A stretch of DNA of 33,335 bases from Tubiluchus corallicola (lineage: Eukaryota > Animalia > Priapulida), in NCBI GenBank assembly GCA_030141605.1, contig JAQGDQ010002444.1:1-33335 (forward strand). The letters run 5' to 3'. This document shows positions 1-10,583 of the stretch, piece by piece. Under the pieces are notes generated by a model. The model was not told the origin of the DNA, ran no database searches, and was given only the letters and a program-made list of their open reading frames with translations. Position numbers and translations under genes: made by a program. The stretch's first letter is position 1. The number at the start of each line of letters is the position of its first letter.

Positions 1-718
1 TATATAAAATTGTATCTATATGTTATTATTACCAATAAAAAGAAGTTAGTATTTTCTGTTTAGAAAATGTTTTATTAAAAATAAAAATTTTTAAAATCCT
101 ACCTTATAGTTTACAAAAATATTATGATTATATACACTTTTTATGAGATTACTTTCCCCCCATTTTACATATATGTTTCTTACAATTAGTGCTAAACTAT
201 TAATAACACCTTTATTTTACTTTACCCCAATACCTTAAATCCACAGCGTCTTCAATATTTTAAAGTTTTGTTTCACTACAAATTTTATTTTTATTCCATT
301 TTTATTCAATATTTTACTTAATTTATTCAATCTGTCATTATAATTATTTTTTAAAAATTACCTATTGTTCTTTTTTTAAGCAAATTATATCCAAAGGTAT
401 AATTATTTTTTATTGTGTAAAAGTATATAAAAGTCAATTTTTAATTAATTAGTAATATCATTTATTCTATAAATTATATATATTTTGATGACCTAGTTAT
501 TATACTGCACATAATTTTATAAAAACAAGATGTTTATAAAAGTCAACTTGAAAGTAAAGTTTAACTTCAAATACCATAAAAAATACAAACTGAATAGATT
601 GATAGAATAAAAGGATTAAAATAGGAGATGCGTACTTTATTTAAAGATAATTAAAAATTTGTCATGTAATATTTTTTTATTAATTATTAAAATAATATAT
701 GCTAGATCTATATAAATG

Positions 719-727
719 TGATATAAT
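719..727 (+). promoter_or_regulatory. Putative extended -10 promoter (TGnTATAAT) for the tsaD operon
   Basis: TGATATAAT at 719-727, about 35 nt before the tsaD ATG, with RBS AGGAG at 751. Chance matches are likely in AT-rich DNA. Confidence 0.4.
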
Positions 728-761
728 ATCGTGAGTTTATTAATTATACTAGGAGTTATAA

Positions 762-1781
762 ATGGTTATATTAGGAATAGAGACATCATGTGATGAAACG
801 AGTGTTGGAATAATTGAAAATAAAAAAATACTATCTAATAAAATTTTATCCCAAATAGAAATACATAAAAGATATGGTGGAGTTGTCCCAGAGCTAGCTT
901 CAAGACATCATATAAAAAATATATCTTATATATTTCAAGAGGCTCTAGATGAAGCAAATAAAAAGATTGAAGATATTGATTATTTTGCTGTAACCTATGC
1001 CCCTGGATTAATAGGAGCTTTATTAGTTGGAGTTTCCTTTGTAAAAGGATTAGGATATGCTAGTAATATCCCAGTTATACCTGTACATCATTTAAAGGCA
1101 CACATTTATAGCAATTTTTTATGCTATGATGTTGAACTACCTGCAGTGTCTCTGATAGTTTCAGGCGGTCATACCAGTATAGTACATATTGATAAAAATC
1201 ATAACTTTTTAAATTTAGGAGAAACCCTTGATGATGCAATAGGAGAAGTATATGATAAGATTGCTAGAAAGCTTGGTTTATCATATCCTGGTGGTCCTGA
1301 AATTGATAGATTATCTAAAAAAGGAAGGTTTATTGATTTAAACATTCCAACTCCTAAAGTAGGAGAATATAACTTTAGTTTTTCAGGAATAAAAACATAT
1401 GTAAATAATTATATAAATAATTGTAAAATGAAAAATGAAGAAATAAATATATCAGGTGTAGCTTATGAGTTTCAAAATAAAGTAGTCTCCATATTGTGTG
1501 ATAAAGTTATAAAAGCTGCTAAAGAAAAAAATGTAAAAAACATATTGTTAGCTGGTGGGGTAGCAGCAAATAGTTTACTTAGAGAAAGTATTATTGTAAG
1601 AGGGAAAAAGGAAAATATGAAAACATATTTTCCACCATTAGAGTTATGTACTGATAACGGAGTAATGATAGCTTCTGCTGCTTACTATAAGCTAAAAAAA
1701 GCAGGAAATGATATAGAAAAAGTAAAAGGAAGATTAGATTTAAATGCTATAGCGTCTTTAAGCATAGAAGATGATGTCTAA
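762..1781 (+). CDS. tsaD: tRNA N6-adenosine threonylcarbamoyltransferase TsaD
   Basis: LGIETSCDET start, GGVVPELASRHH, HHLKAH metal motif, SGGHT, GETLDDAIGE, FSFSG, CTDNGVMIA. Confidence 0.97.
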   Translation: MVILGIETSCDETSVGIIENKKILSNKILSQIEIHKRYGGVVPELASRHHIKNISYIFQEALDEANKKIEDIDYFAVTYAPGLIGALLVGVSFVKGLGYASNIPVIPVHHLKAHIYSNFLCYDVELPAVSLIVSGGHTSIVHIDKNHNFLNLGETLDDAIGEVYDKIARKLGLSYPGGPEIDRLSKKGRFIDLNIPTPKVGEYNFSFSGIKTYVNNYINNCKMKNEEINISGVAYEFQNKVVSILCDKVIKAAKEKNVKNILLAGGVAANSLLRESIIVRGKKENMKTYFPPLELCTDNGVMIASAAYYKLKKAGNDIEKVKGRLDLNAIASLSIEDDV

Positions 1782-1801
1782 AGATTAATACAGGAGAAAA
1801 G

Positions 1802-2383
1802 ATGGAAACAGTGAAATTTAATGATTTATTAGATGAAAAAGAAAAAAGGCAAAAAAAATTTTTATTGACGCAATATGAAAAGTCACAATATTTAGGTGAG
1901 TATAAAGAAAATGTTATTAAGGCGTTAAAAAAAGATCAAATAATAGAGGATGATGTGTATCAAGAAGTTATTAATTTACTAAATGATAATAGGGTTAAAA
2001 TGTTAAAATTTAGTAGAAGCCTACCTTTAGATAAAATAAAACCTTACATTAATGCTTCTGAAAAAAAAGGAATAAGATATCAGCTTGTAGATGGAATTGT
2101 ATACGAAGCTAGTAATATAGGATTAGTTGTTGTCTCTAAAGAGCCTTTAGAAAATGAAAACGAAGATTTAATTATTAGAGATATGGATAAAGACTTTATA
2201 GATACAGGTCTAGGTGAACACTTCAGTAAAAATAAAGGTAAAAAAATATGTAAAAAATGTTATGCAAAGTTACTTAATAAATTACCAAAATATAAAGAAG
2301 ATTTTAAAAAAATTGAAGTATTTGATAGGATAATAGGGATTAAGTGTCCAATATGCGAAACTTCTAGAAAGGGGAAAAATTGA
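1802..2383 (+). CDS. DUF1694/YueI-like protein with a C-terminal four-Cys (zinc-ribbon-like) extension
   Basis: [17 protein letters not shown] and [10 protein letters not shown] resemble the YueI family; C-terminal CKKC...CPIC; RBS AGGAG. Confidence 0.7.
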   Translation: METVKFNDLLDEKEKRQKKFLLTQYEKSQYLGEYKENVIKALKKDQIIEDDVYQEVINLLNDNRVKMLKFSRSLPLDKIKPYINASEKKGIRYQLVDGIVYEASNIGLVVVSKEPLENENEDLIIRDMDKDFIDTGLGEHFSKNKGKKICKKCYAKLLNKLPKYKEDFKKIEVFDRIIGIKCPICETSRKGKN

Positions 2384-3648
2384 TGTTAGATGCTTTTAAA
2401 ATAATTGGAGGAAATAAGATTGAAGGAATTATTAATGTAAATGGATCTAAAAATGCTTCCTTACCTATATTTAGTGCTACACTTATTGCAGAGGGAGAGT
2501 ATATAATAGATAATGTTCCTGACCTAAGAGATATTAGAACATTTATGGAGCTATTAAGGAACTTAGGGCTCTTAGTTGAAAAAATTGATAAAAATACATA
2601 TAAAATTATTAATAATGGAATAACTAATTATGAAGCCCCATATGAATTGGTAAAAAAAATGAGAGCATCATTTTTAGTTATGGGAGCAATGTTAGCTTAT
2701 GGAAATAAAGCAAAAGTATCGCTTCCTGGAGGGTGTGCAATTGGCACAAGACCTGTTGATCTTCATTTGAAAGGATTTGAAGCATTAGGAGTATCAATAG
2801 ATATAGAACACGGAAATGTTGAAGGGAAAGCAAATGAACTTCTGGGGAATAATATTACTTTTGACTTTCCTAGTGTGGGGGCTACTGAAAATGTAGTTAT
2901 GGCTGCTGTAAAAGCTAAAGGTACCACTATAATAGATAATGCAGCTAAAGAACCTGAAATAGATGACTTATGCTTATTTTTGAATAAAATGGGGGCTAAA
3001 ATATCTGGAATAGGAACTAGCAAATTAAAAATAGAAGGAGTAGAGAAGTTGCATAGTTGTAACTACACAATTATGCCAGATAGAATAGAAAGTGGGACTT
3101 ATATTATAGCATCTGTAATGTTTGATGGGAAGATAAAAATAAAGGGAGCAGTGTTAGAGCACCTTCAAAGTTTAGTGGACAAGCTAGAAGAAATGGGAGT
3201 TAAGGTGTATGAAAATAATGGTGTAGTGTTTGTTGAGTCAAAGCTTAAAGATTTACATGGTATTAAAGTTCAAACAATGCCATACCCAGGTTTTCCAACT
3301 GATCTTCAATCACAAATGATGACACTTCTTGCGACAGTAAATGATGTTAGTGAGATAAAAGAAACTATATTTGAAAATAGATTTATGCATGTTCCAGAGC
3401 TAAATAGAATGGGAACCAATATAGATGTTGAAGGGAATATAGCTGTTGTAAAAGGAGGGGCTAAATATAGTGGAGCTAAAGTTATGGCAAGCGATCTTAG
3501 AGCAGGAGCTAGTCTTATTTTAGCTGCTTTAAAAGGTGAGGGAGAAAGTATTATTAGTAGAATTTATCATGTAGATAGAGGGTATGAAAAACTTGAAGAC
3601 AAGCTTATAAAATTAGGAGCAGAAATAAAACGAATAAAAGTGGAATAA
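2383..3648 (+). CDS. murA: UDP-N-acetylglucosamine 1-carboxyvinyltransferase
   Basis: [23 protein letters not shown] (catalytic Cys), [36 protein letters not shown] at 2383 overlaps the upstream TGA. Confidence 0.98.
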   Translation: MLDAFKIIGGNKIEGIINVNGSKNASLPIFSATLIAEGEYIIDNVPDLRDIRTFMELLRNLGLLVEKIDKNTYKIINNGITNYEAPYELVKKMRASFLVMGAMLAYGNKAKVSLPGGCAIGTRPVDLHLKGFEALGVSIDIEHGNVEGKANELLGNNITFDFPSVGATENVVMAAVKAKGTTIIDNAAKEPEIDDLCLFLNKMGAKISGIGTSKLKIEGVEKLHSCNYTIMPDRIESGTYIIASVMFDGKIKIKGAVLEHLQSLVDKLEEMGVKVYENNGVVFVESKLKDLHGIKVQTMPYPGFPTDLQSQMMTLLATVNDVSEIKETIFENRFMHVPELNRMGTNIDVEGNIAVVKGGAKYSGAKVMASDLRAGASLILAALKGEGESIISRIYHVDRGYEKLEDKLIKLGAEIKRIKVE

Positions 3649-3666
3649 AAATGGAGAAAACTAATA

Positions 3667-4371
3667 GTGAAAAAATTAATAGGAATAAATCCTGTAAAAG
3701 AAGCTTTAAAAAAGGGGAAAAAAATAGAAAAAATAGAGTTCTATTTAGGGCCTACTAAAGACTGTGAAATAGAAAAGTTAGCTTTAGATAAAGGGATAAA
3801 AGTAGAGTACAAAAAGAGTAAAGAAAAAAACAGCCAAGGAGTAGTTGCTTACATAAAGAATGAAAACTATATATATTATAAAAATCCGAGTGAAACACTT
3901 GAAAGCTTATCACTTAAGAAAGAAGATATTGTTCTTATTTTAGACCAAGTACAAGATCCAAGAAATTTTGGTGCTCTAATAAGAAGCGCAGAAATATTTG
4001 GAGTTTCTACAATTATAATTAGTAATAAGCATAGTGTAAAAATAAATGAAACAGTAATTAAGACTTCTACTGGAGCTATTGAATATGTTAATATAGTTAA
4101 AGTTAATAATTTATCTGACTATATTGAAAATTTAAAAAAAATAGACTACTGGATATATGGGGCTGAAGCAAATAGTGATATTTTCTTTAATGAAGAAAAA
4201 TATCCTAAGAAAGTTGCTCTTGTGTTAGGAAGCGAAGGTAGTGGAATTCGTAAAAAAGTAAAGAAACACTGTGATTTTCTTATAAAAATACATCAAAAAG
4301 GACATATTAATTCATTAAATGTCTCTGTTGCAGGTGGGATAATATTGAGTGAAATGTCAAAAGGTATTTAA
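3667..4371 (+). CDS. rlmB: 23S rRNA (Gm2251) 2'-O-methyltransferase, TrmH/SpoU family
   Basis: LDQVQDPRNFGALIRSA, LVLGSEGSG and SLNVSVAGGI SPOUT motifs, plus an N-terminal substrate-binding domain. Confidence 0.88.
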   Translation: MKKLIGINPVKEALKKGKKIEKIEFYLGPTKDCEIEKLALDKGIKVEYKKSKEKNSQGVVAYIKNENYIYYKNPSETLESLSLKKEDIVLILDQVQDPRNFGALIRSAEIFGVSTIIISNKHSVKINETVIKTSTGAIEYVNIVKVNNLSDYIENLKKIDYWIYGAEANSDIFFNEEKYPKKVALVLGSEGSGIRKKVKKHCDFLIKIHQKGHINSLNVSVAGGIILSEMSKGI

Positions 4372-4425
4372 TAAAATATAGAATATTATACTAACGATGT
4401 AAAAAATATAATTTTTTGGTGTGTT

Positions 4426-4522
4426 TGGCGGAAGCATGTGGGAATCGAACCCACCTGTGAGGGTTTAATCTCACAGCACGGTTTTGAAGACCGGCAGGAA
4501 CACCAGTTACCTAACTGCTTCC
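4426..4522 (-). tRNA. selC: tRNA-Sec (anticodon UCA)
   Basis: Minus strand GGAAGCAG...CCGGT-CTTCAAA-ACCG; long variable arm CTGTGAG/CTCACAG; T arm GTGGG-TTCGATT-CCCAC; 3' end ATGCTTCC-G-CCA; 97 nt; short D loop TGGT. Confidence 0.95.
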
Positions 4523-4531
4523 ATGAAATTA

Positions 4532-4559
4532 ATTATATCATATATTTTATAATTTTCAA
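4532..4559 (-). promoter_or_regulatory. Putative sigma70 promoter of tRNA-Sec
   Basis: Minus strand TTGAAA-N16-TATAAT with TG extension, ending 9 nt before the tRNA 5' end. Confidence 0.55.
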
Positions 4560-4852
4560 CTGTAAAGTGTTTTAACTGCATGTTTAAAATAAGCAGCAAT
4601 AAAGGTAATAGCATAAACCTTAAAGAATAGCGTCTAAAAAATAAATATACTTATACTTTGATTAAAATCCTTACATGCATAAAATTTAAAGGCAAAGACT
4701 AATTAAGAATTTAATTGTAATGTGTTATGCTAGTAAAAGTAAAAGAGTTACGCTAGTAATAGTAATGATAACTTTCTAATAAAAAACAAAGCAGAGAGTA
4801 AACTACCTAAAAAAATATTTAGCAATGATATGAAACTTAAAAAGTAAAGTTT

Positions 4853-4889
4853 AGAAAAAGGTGATCTAAAAATCCCTTTTTCTTTTTTT
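4853..4889. terminator. Intrinsic terminator-like hairpin downstream of the DUF333 gene
   Basis: AGAAAAAGG(T)GAT-CTAAAA-ATCCCTTTTTCT followed by a T run. Confidence 0.55.
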
Positions 4890-4917
4890 ATATTAAGAAA
4901 CTAAGATACTTGTATTA

Positions 4918-5148
4918 TTATTTATGGTTTTTTTCATATAGTTCCCACTCTTCAATAACAGTTCCATCTGGTAAGTGGCATACTCCATATTGGCCATTTT
5001 TATCATTAACTATTTTTAAGTTTCCTCCAAGTTCTTCAGTACAATAAAGAGATGCTGGGTTTGCCATATTAAGCTCATTATCATTTTCTTTTGTGCACTT
5101 ACAGCTAATTAACAAAATTGATAAAATAAAAAGAAAAATAAGTTTCAT
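4918..5148 (-). CDS. DUF333 domain lipoprotein
   Basis: Lipobox LLISC; MANPASLYC...GG...GVCHLPDG...EEWELY signature; RBS AAGGAGG. Confidence 0.9.
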   Translation of the reverse strand: MKLIFLFILSILLISCKCTKENDNELNMANPASLYCTEELGGNLKIVNDKNGQYGVCHLPDGTVIEEWELYEKNHK

Positions 5149-5333
5149 AAGGGCCTCCTTAGTATAAAATTAAGTAGTACACTTATTAGTATATCAAAAA
5201 AGTAATTATTATAAAAGGTTTTTATGTATCACCAATCTATAAAAAAATCTTTTAAGTGCTTTTAAAATACGGTTTTATTTTATTTGAAAATTTGATATAA
5301 TTTATCTATATAAAGTTACAAGTAGGAGGAAAA

Positions 5334-6284
5334 ATGCTAGAAGAAAGGATAAAAAAAGAGTATGAAAATGTATTAGATATAAAAAAAGAGATACACAAAA
5401 ACATAGTTGGTCAAGATCAACTAATTAATAAATTGTTAATAGGCATATTTTTAGGATCTCATCTTTTAATTGAGGGAGTACCTGGTCTTGGAAAATCATT
5501 TATGGTTAATACTGTAGCAGATATTTTGGACTTATCTTTTAAAAGAATACAGTTTACTCCTGATTTATTGCCATCAGATATTACAGGTACAGAAATATAT
5601 ATAGAAAAACAAAGTAATTTCCAAATAAAAAAAGGTCCTATTTTTTCAAATATAATATTAGCAGATGAAATAAATAGAGCTCCAGCAAAAGTACAATCAG
5701 CTCTCCTAGAAGCGATGCAAGAAAAACAAATAACAATTGCAGATGAAACATATATATTAGAAGAACCATTTCTAGTTTTGGCAACTCAAAATCCTTTAGA
5801 GCAAGATGGTACCTACCCACTTCCAGAAGCTCAGCAAGATAGATTTTTAATGAAGCTAAAAATTACATATCCAAAGTTAGATGATGAAAAAGAAATTCTT
5901 AGAAGATTTACAGAAAATACAAAACTAGAGGTAGTTGAAAATATTTTAAATAAAGATAAGTTAATGGAATATAGAGAAATAATAAAAGAAATTTATATTG
6001 ATGAGAGACTAAAGGACTATATAATAGATATTATTTTTAAAACAAGAGAAAATAATCCATACATTGAATATGGAGCTTCTCCAAGAGCGACTATAGCTGC
6101 AGTTTTAGTTGCTAAAGGGAAAGCCTTTATTCAAGGAAGAAGCTATGTTATTCCAGATGACATTAAAACTACTATTTATGATGTTTTAAGGCATAGAATA
6201 GGTCTTACATTTGAAGCAGAGGCAGAAGACTTAAGGGTAGAGGATGTAATTAGAAATATAATAAAAGAAATAGAGATAAAATAA
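5334..6284 (+). CDS. moxR: MoxR-family AAA+ ATPase
   Basis: GVPGLGKS Walker A, RIQFTPDLLPSDITG, ADEINRAPAKVQSALLEAMQE, ATQNPLEQDGTYPLPEAQQDRF. Confidence 0.95.
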   Translation: MLEERIKKEYENVLDIKKEIHKNIVGQDQLINKLLIGIFLGSHLLIEGVPGLGKSFMVNTVADILDLSFKRIQFTPDLLPSDITGTEIYIEKQSNFQIKKGPIFSNIILADEINRAPAKVQSALLEAMQEKQITIADETYILEEPFLVLATQNPLEQDGTYPLPEAQQDRFLMKLKITYPKLDDEKEILRRFTENTKLEVVENILNKDKLMEYREIIKEIYIDERLKDYIIDIIFKTRENNPYIEYGASPRATIAAVLVAKGKAFIQGRSYVIPDDIKTTIYDVLRHRIGLTFEAEAEDLRVEDVIRNIIKEIEIK

Positions 6285-6302
6285 TTGTGTTGAGGTGATA
6301 CT

Positions 6303-7109
6303 TTGAAAAACTTACAAGAATTGATAAAAAAAGTAAGAAAAATTGAGATAAAATCTAAACACATTTCAGATGAAATTTTTTCAGGAGGATACCATTCTAG
6401 GTTTAAAGGAAATGGTCTTGAGTTTAGCAATATAAGAGAATATGTCTTTGGAGACTCTACAAAATATATTGACTGGAAAGTAAGTGCTAGGCAAAGGAAA
6501 ACATATATAAAGGAATTTCAAGAAGAAAGAGAGCTAAGTTTTTATCTTTTAGTGGACTTCTCAAGCTCTATGATTGTAAATAGAGACTTTATTAGTGAAT
6601 TATGTGCATGCTTGGCTTTTTCTGCATCTAATAATAATGATAAAGTAGGTGCTATATTTTTTACAAATGAAGTTGAAAAACATATTAATTTAAAAAAAGG
6701 AAAGAAGCATGTATTATCACTACTGGAAAATTTATTAGATTTTGAACCACAAAACATAGAAACTGATATTGAAAACGTTCTTAATTACTTTAATAAAGTC
6801 CAAAAAAAAAGAAGTATCGTTTTTTTAGTATCTGATTTTTATGATGAAAATAATTTTTCAAAATCATTAAAGTTTTTAAACAAAAAACATAAAATAATCC
6901 CAATAAAAATAAATAATAATCTATTAGAAAAATTGCCAAATAATGTTATTTTAAATATTATAGATGCAGAAAAAAAAAGAAATTTCTCCTTTAAAAATAA
7001 AAAAACTATAGATATTTCAGATGAAATTTTTTCTAAAAATATGATTACTCTAGACCCTAGTAAGGACTATATAAAGCCATTAGCAAAATTTTTTAAAAGG
7101 AAACTATAA
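6303..7109 (+). CDS. DUF58 domain protein (MoxR-associated, VWA-like)
   Basis: GYHSRFKGNGLEFSNIREYVFGD...IDWKVSAR, KEFQEERE, DFSSSM, VFLVSDF; TTG start after GAGGTG. Confidence 0.92.
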   Translation: MKNLQELIKKVRKIEIKSKHISDEIFSGGYHSRFKGNGLEFSNIREYVFGDSTKYIDWKVSARQRKTYIKEFQEERELSFYLLVDFSSSMIVNRDFISELCACLAFSASNNNDKVGAIFFTNEVEKHINLKKGKKHVLSLLENLLDFEPQNIETDIENVLNYFNKVQKKRSIVFLVSDFYDENNFSKSLKFLNKKHKIIPIKINNNLLEKLPNNVILNIIDAEKKRNFSFKNKKTIDISDEIFSKNMITLDPSKDYIKPLAKFFKRKL

Positions 7110-7112
7110 TTC

Positions 7113-7769
7113 ATGAAAGAATATTATATTGGTGATAAAATAACTATTGAAGTTAAGAATACAACTGAAAAAATAATAAAAGATGCTTTAAAAGACTATA
7201 CCATTGAAAAAATTACAGAAAAAGAAGACATTTTTATTGTAACTTTTAGTTCATATAAACTAGGTATTAATAATATAGACATTGGAAACGATAGTATTAT
7301 TTTTAAAGTAAAGACATCACTAAATAATGAGACAAATTTTATTGAAAGCACAGATAAGGGAAAAAATCTTAGAGTCGAAGAAATATCATATTTTATCACT
7401 ATTTTATTTTATATATTAGCAGCTGCTATAGTATTTAGCATTATTTATTTAGTAGTAAAAAAATACTCAAATAAAAGATATAATCCCTATAAGTTATACT
7501 GTAATTCATATAAAAACTCTATAAAAAATTATGATATTGGCCTTTTAAGCTACTCATTTAGAAAATATATAGATTCGAAATATAATTCTTATTTCTTATC
7601 AGGTGAATATCAAGAGGAATTTGTTTCAAATAATGCAATAGATGTACTAAAAAAAATAGATATAATAAAATTCTCTAATGAAGTCATTGAAAAGAAAACA
7701 TTTGAAAATTATGCAAAGCAACTAAAATCATTTGTAGATCAACTTGAAAAAGGTGGAAAAAATGTATAA
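7113..7769 (+). CDS. Single-TM membrane protein of the Bat cluster
   Basis: One hydrophobic segment (FITILFYILAAAIVFSIIYLVV), FRKYI and DIIKFS motifs, usual position between DUF58 and batA. Confidence 0.65.
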   Translation: MKEYYIGDKITIEVKNTTEKIIKDALKDYTIEKITEKEDIFIVTFSSYKLGINNIDIGNDSIIFKVKTSLNNETNFIESTDKGKNLRVEEISYFITILFYILAAAIVFSIIYLVVKKYSNKRYNPYKLYCNSYKNSIKNYDIGLLSYSFRKYIDSKYNSYFLSGEYQEEFVSNNAIDVLKKIDIIKFSNEVIEKKTFENYAKQLKSFVDQLEKGGKNV

Positions 7770-8706
7770 ATTTCAAAATCCATACTACCTGATATTTATT
7801 CCAATAATTTTTTTTATAATATTTTTTATTAAGGAAAATAGAATAGCTTTTCCAAATGTAAAAGTATTAAAGGACAAAAATATAAAAATGGACTTTAGGC
7901 AGTATTTAATGAAAATAATTTTATTTTTAGGAATATCAACATTAGTAATTGCACTTGCTAGGCCGCAAAAAAGTTTAAATAATAGTATTATTGAAAAAGA
8001 TGTTATAGATATAGTATTGTTACTAGATACATCACAAAGCATGGATTATAATGATTTTAAGCCTAGTAGATTTGAAGTAGCAAAAAGTGTTTTAGATAAA
8101 TTTGTAAGCTTAAGAAAAGGTGATAGAATAGCTTATGTTATCTTCTCAGGAGAATCATATACGAAAATTCCTCTAACTTTTGACCATAAAGTTGTTAGTG
8201 ATAGTATAAAGCTCACATCTTTAAAAGATATAAAAACTGATGGAACTGCAATTGGTACAGGATTAGGAGTTGGAATAAATAGACTAAAAGATAGTGATGC
8301 TAAGTCTAAAGTTATTATATTAGTAACAGATGGTGAAAATAACAGAGGTGAGATCTCACCTATAAATGCAGCTAAAATTGCAAAAGATTTAGATATAAAG
8401 ATATACACTATAGGAGTAGGGGCAAAGGAAATATTTTTTGGACTACAGCTAGACATAAATAATCATTTAGATGAAGATCTTCTAATAGAAATTGCAAAAA
8501 TAACAAATGGAAAATACTTCAGAGCAACTGATAATAATACTCTTAATAATATATTTAGAGAAATTGATTCATTAGAGAAAGTATCAATTGAAGTAAAAAA
8601 TATTAATGATACAACAGAGTATTATCAAATATTTATGAAACTAGGGGTTACTCTTATGGTTATATCATTAATATTAAAATACCTTATATGGATAACAATA
8701 CCTTAA
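7762..8706 (+). CDS. batA: BatA-like VWA domain membrane protein
   Basis: N-terminal FQNPYYL plus TM, ALARPQ, MIDAS DTSQS, GTAIGTGL, ILVTDGENN, KIYTIGVG, C-terminal TM. ATG at 7762 after AGGTGG is preferred. Confidence 0.88.
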   Translation: MYKFQNPYYLIFIPIIFFIIFFIKENRIAFPNVKVLKDKNIKMDFRQYLMKIILFLGISTLVIALARPQKSLNNSIIEKDVIDIVLLLDTSQSMDYNDFKPSRFEVAKSVLDKFVSLRKGDRIAYVIFSGESYTKIPLTFDHKVVSDSIKLTSLKDIKTDGTAIGTGLGVGINRLKDSDAKSKVIILVTDGENNRGEISPINAAKIAKDLDIKIYTIGVGAKEIFFGLQLDINNHLDEDLLIEIAKITNGKYFRATDNNTLNNIFREIDSLEKVSIEVKNINDTTEYYQIFMKLGVTLMVISLILKYLIWITIP

Positions 8707-8749
8707 GATATAATTTGATTTAAAATTATTAAATAAGCTAGGAGTATTT

Positions 8750-9721
8750 ATGGACATATTTTTTAGAAATATAAACATAATATCTATTTTTCTTTTTAGT
8801 GTATCAATTTTCATATTAATTACTGGTTTTTATATAAAAGGTATAATAAAGAAAAAAATAAATATAAAAAATAATTATAAATTAATTGATTTTTTTCAAG
8901 CTTTTTTTCTAATATTAGGAATAGTTTTTGTATTTGTAGCTTTTTTTGATCCAGTAAGAGCAACAGAAACAGAAGAGGTAAAAACCCATAAGTTGGACAT
9001 ATACTTTTTACTTGATATATCTAAATCAATGCTAGTGAAGGATGTTGCACCTAATAGAATGACAAAAGCTAAAGAAGAGATGAAAGAAATTGTAAATTTA
9101 TTACAAGGAGAGAGGGTGGGTATAGTCCCTTTTTCTCAAGATGCTTTTGTTCAGCTACCTTTAACTAAAGACTATGAAATGGTTAGTCTTTTTATTGATA
9201 TCTTAGGAACAGAGTACTTTCAAAATGGGGGAACAAATATAGAAAATGCTTTAAAAACAGCCTTAGAATCAGTATATAGAATTAAAGGAAGCTATTCTGA
9301 CAGTATTTTTATACTAATATCTGATGGAGATGAACATGAAAATAATGCTGTAGAATATATAAAAAAATATGCAAACGCTATAAAAGTATTTTCAATTGGT
9401 GTAGGAACTAAGCAAGGAGGGGCAATTCCTAGTGAAAATAGCTTTATAAAAGAAGGAGGAAAAACAGTTATTGCTAAATTAGAAGAAGATAACTTAAAAG
9501 AATTATCTAATTTAACAAAAGGGAAGTATTTTCACTCAAAAGGGAATAACTTTGTAAGTACATCTATTGTTAATGAAATTTCTAGTATTTCACAAAATGT
9601 AAAGAGTAATGAAAAATCAAATTCCTATAAAAAATATTACCAATACCCACTTATTATAGGAATTATTTTTATTACAGCAAGTATCTTTATTAAAATATTT
9701 AAAAAAAATATAATAATTTAA
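8750..9721 (+). CDS. batB: BatB-like VWA domain membrane protein
   Basis: MIDAS DISKSM, DVAPNRM, QLPLTKDY, LISDGDEH, IGVGTKQGGAIP, YQYPL before the C-terminal TM. Confidence 0.85.
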   Translation: MDIFFRNINIISIFLFSVSIFILITGFYIKGIIKKKINIKNNYKLIDFFQAFFLILGIVFVFVAFFDPVRATETEEVKTHKLDIYFLLDISKSMLVKDVAPNRMTKAKEEMKEIVNLLQGERVGIVPFSQDAFVQLPLTKDYEMVSLFIDILGTEYFQNGGTNIENALKTALESVYRIKGSYSDSIFILISDGDEHENNAVEYIKKYANAIKVFSIGVGTKQGGAIPSENSFIKEGGKTVIAKLEEDNLKELSNLTKGKYFHSKGNNFVSTSIVNEISSISQNVKSNEKSNSYKKYYQYPLIIGIIFITASIFIKIFKKNIII

Positions 9722-9738
9722 AAACAGTAGGAGTTGTT

Positions 9739-10581
9739 ATGAAAATCTATGTCATTATTTTATCTGTTTTAATTTTAAATTTTAAACCTTTAACTATTTA
9801 TAATTTAAATAAAAATGGAAATAAACAGTATAAAGAAAAAAAATATAAGAGTGCAATAGCTAACTATAAAGAAGCTTTAAATATAGAGGAAAATATAATT
9901 ATAAGTAGAAATCTTAGTAAGTCAAATTACCAAAATGAAAACTTTGAAAAAGTAATTGAATTTGAAGGGAAAAATTTTTATGATTATTTTAATAGAGGTA
10001 ATGCTTATAAAAAATTAGGGGATAAAAATAAAGATATTTCTTATTATGAAAAAGCTTTGGAAGAATATAAAAAAGGAATATCCTTAAATGAAAAGAATAT
10101 GGATATAAAAAAAAATTATGAAATAGTAAAAAAATTGTTAGAAAACCAAAATGATGACAACTTAAATAATGATGAAAATAAGAATGGTGATGACAATAAA
10201 AATACAGATAATAATAAAGAAAGTAATGATAGTGAGCAAAATTCAAATGATAGATCAAATAGTGATAGCAGTGACAATGAAGAAGATCTAGAAAAAAATA
10301 AGCAAAATGATAATAAAAATTCAAATAATGACAATGAAGAAGGTAGTGACAATGAAAAGGATAAAAATTCAAATAAAGAAAGCACTAGTGATGGCGAGCA
10401 AAGTAATGCAGAAAAAAATAATAATGAGGTAAATAATGGAAGAGATAACTTAGGAGTAAATGAAGAATTAGATGAAGCTCTGTATCATTTAAAAAAACTT
10501 GAAATTCAAGAAAAAAACTCACTAAAAGAAAGCTCAGGTAGAAAACCGACTCCCTATGAGGAAAAAAGCAAAAGGTGGTAA
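9739..10581 (+). CDS. batC: BatC-like TPR protein with N/D/S/E-rich linker
   Basis: TPR-like GNKQYKEKKYKSAIANYKEAL and YFNRGNAY, low-complexity linker, terminal W, position after batB. Confidence 0.8.
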   Translation: MKIYVIILSVLILNFKPLTIYNLNKNGNKQYKEKKYKSAIANYKEALNIEENIIISRNLSKSNYQNENFEKVIEFEGKNFYDYFNRGNAYKKLGDKNKDISYYEKALEEYKKGISLNEKNMDIKKNYEIVKKLLENQNDDNLNNDENKNGDDNKNTDNNKESNDSEQNSNDRSNSDSSDNEEDLEKNKQNDNKNSNNDNEEGSDNEKDKNSNKESTSDGEQSNAEKNNNEVNNGRDNLGVNEELDEALYHLKKLEIQEKNSLKESSGRKPTPYEEKSKRW

Positions 10582-10583
10582 AT

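Noticed and set aside
2381-2383. TGA stop of DUF1694 as a selenocysteine codon
   Set aside because: It overlaps the murA ATG as ordinary translational coupling, with no Cys-equivalent context or visible SECIS. No selenoprotein candidate was found in the window.
4560-4850. Intergenic gap between tRNA-Sec and DUF333 as an ncRNA or integrated element
   Set aside because: No repeats, att copy, ORF or stable structure was recognised, and it lies on the 5' side of the tRNA.
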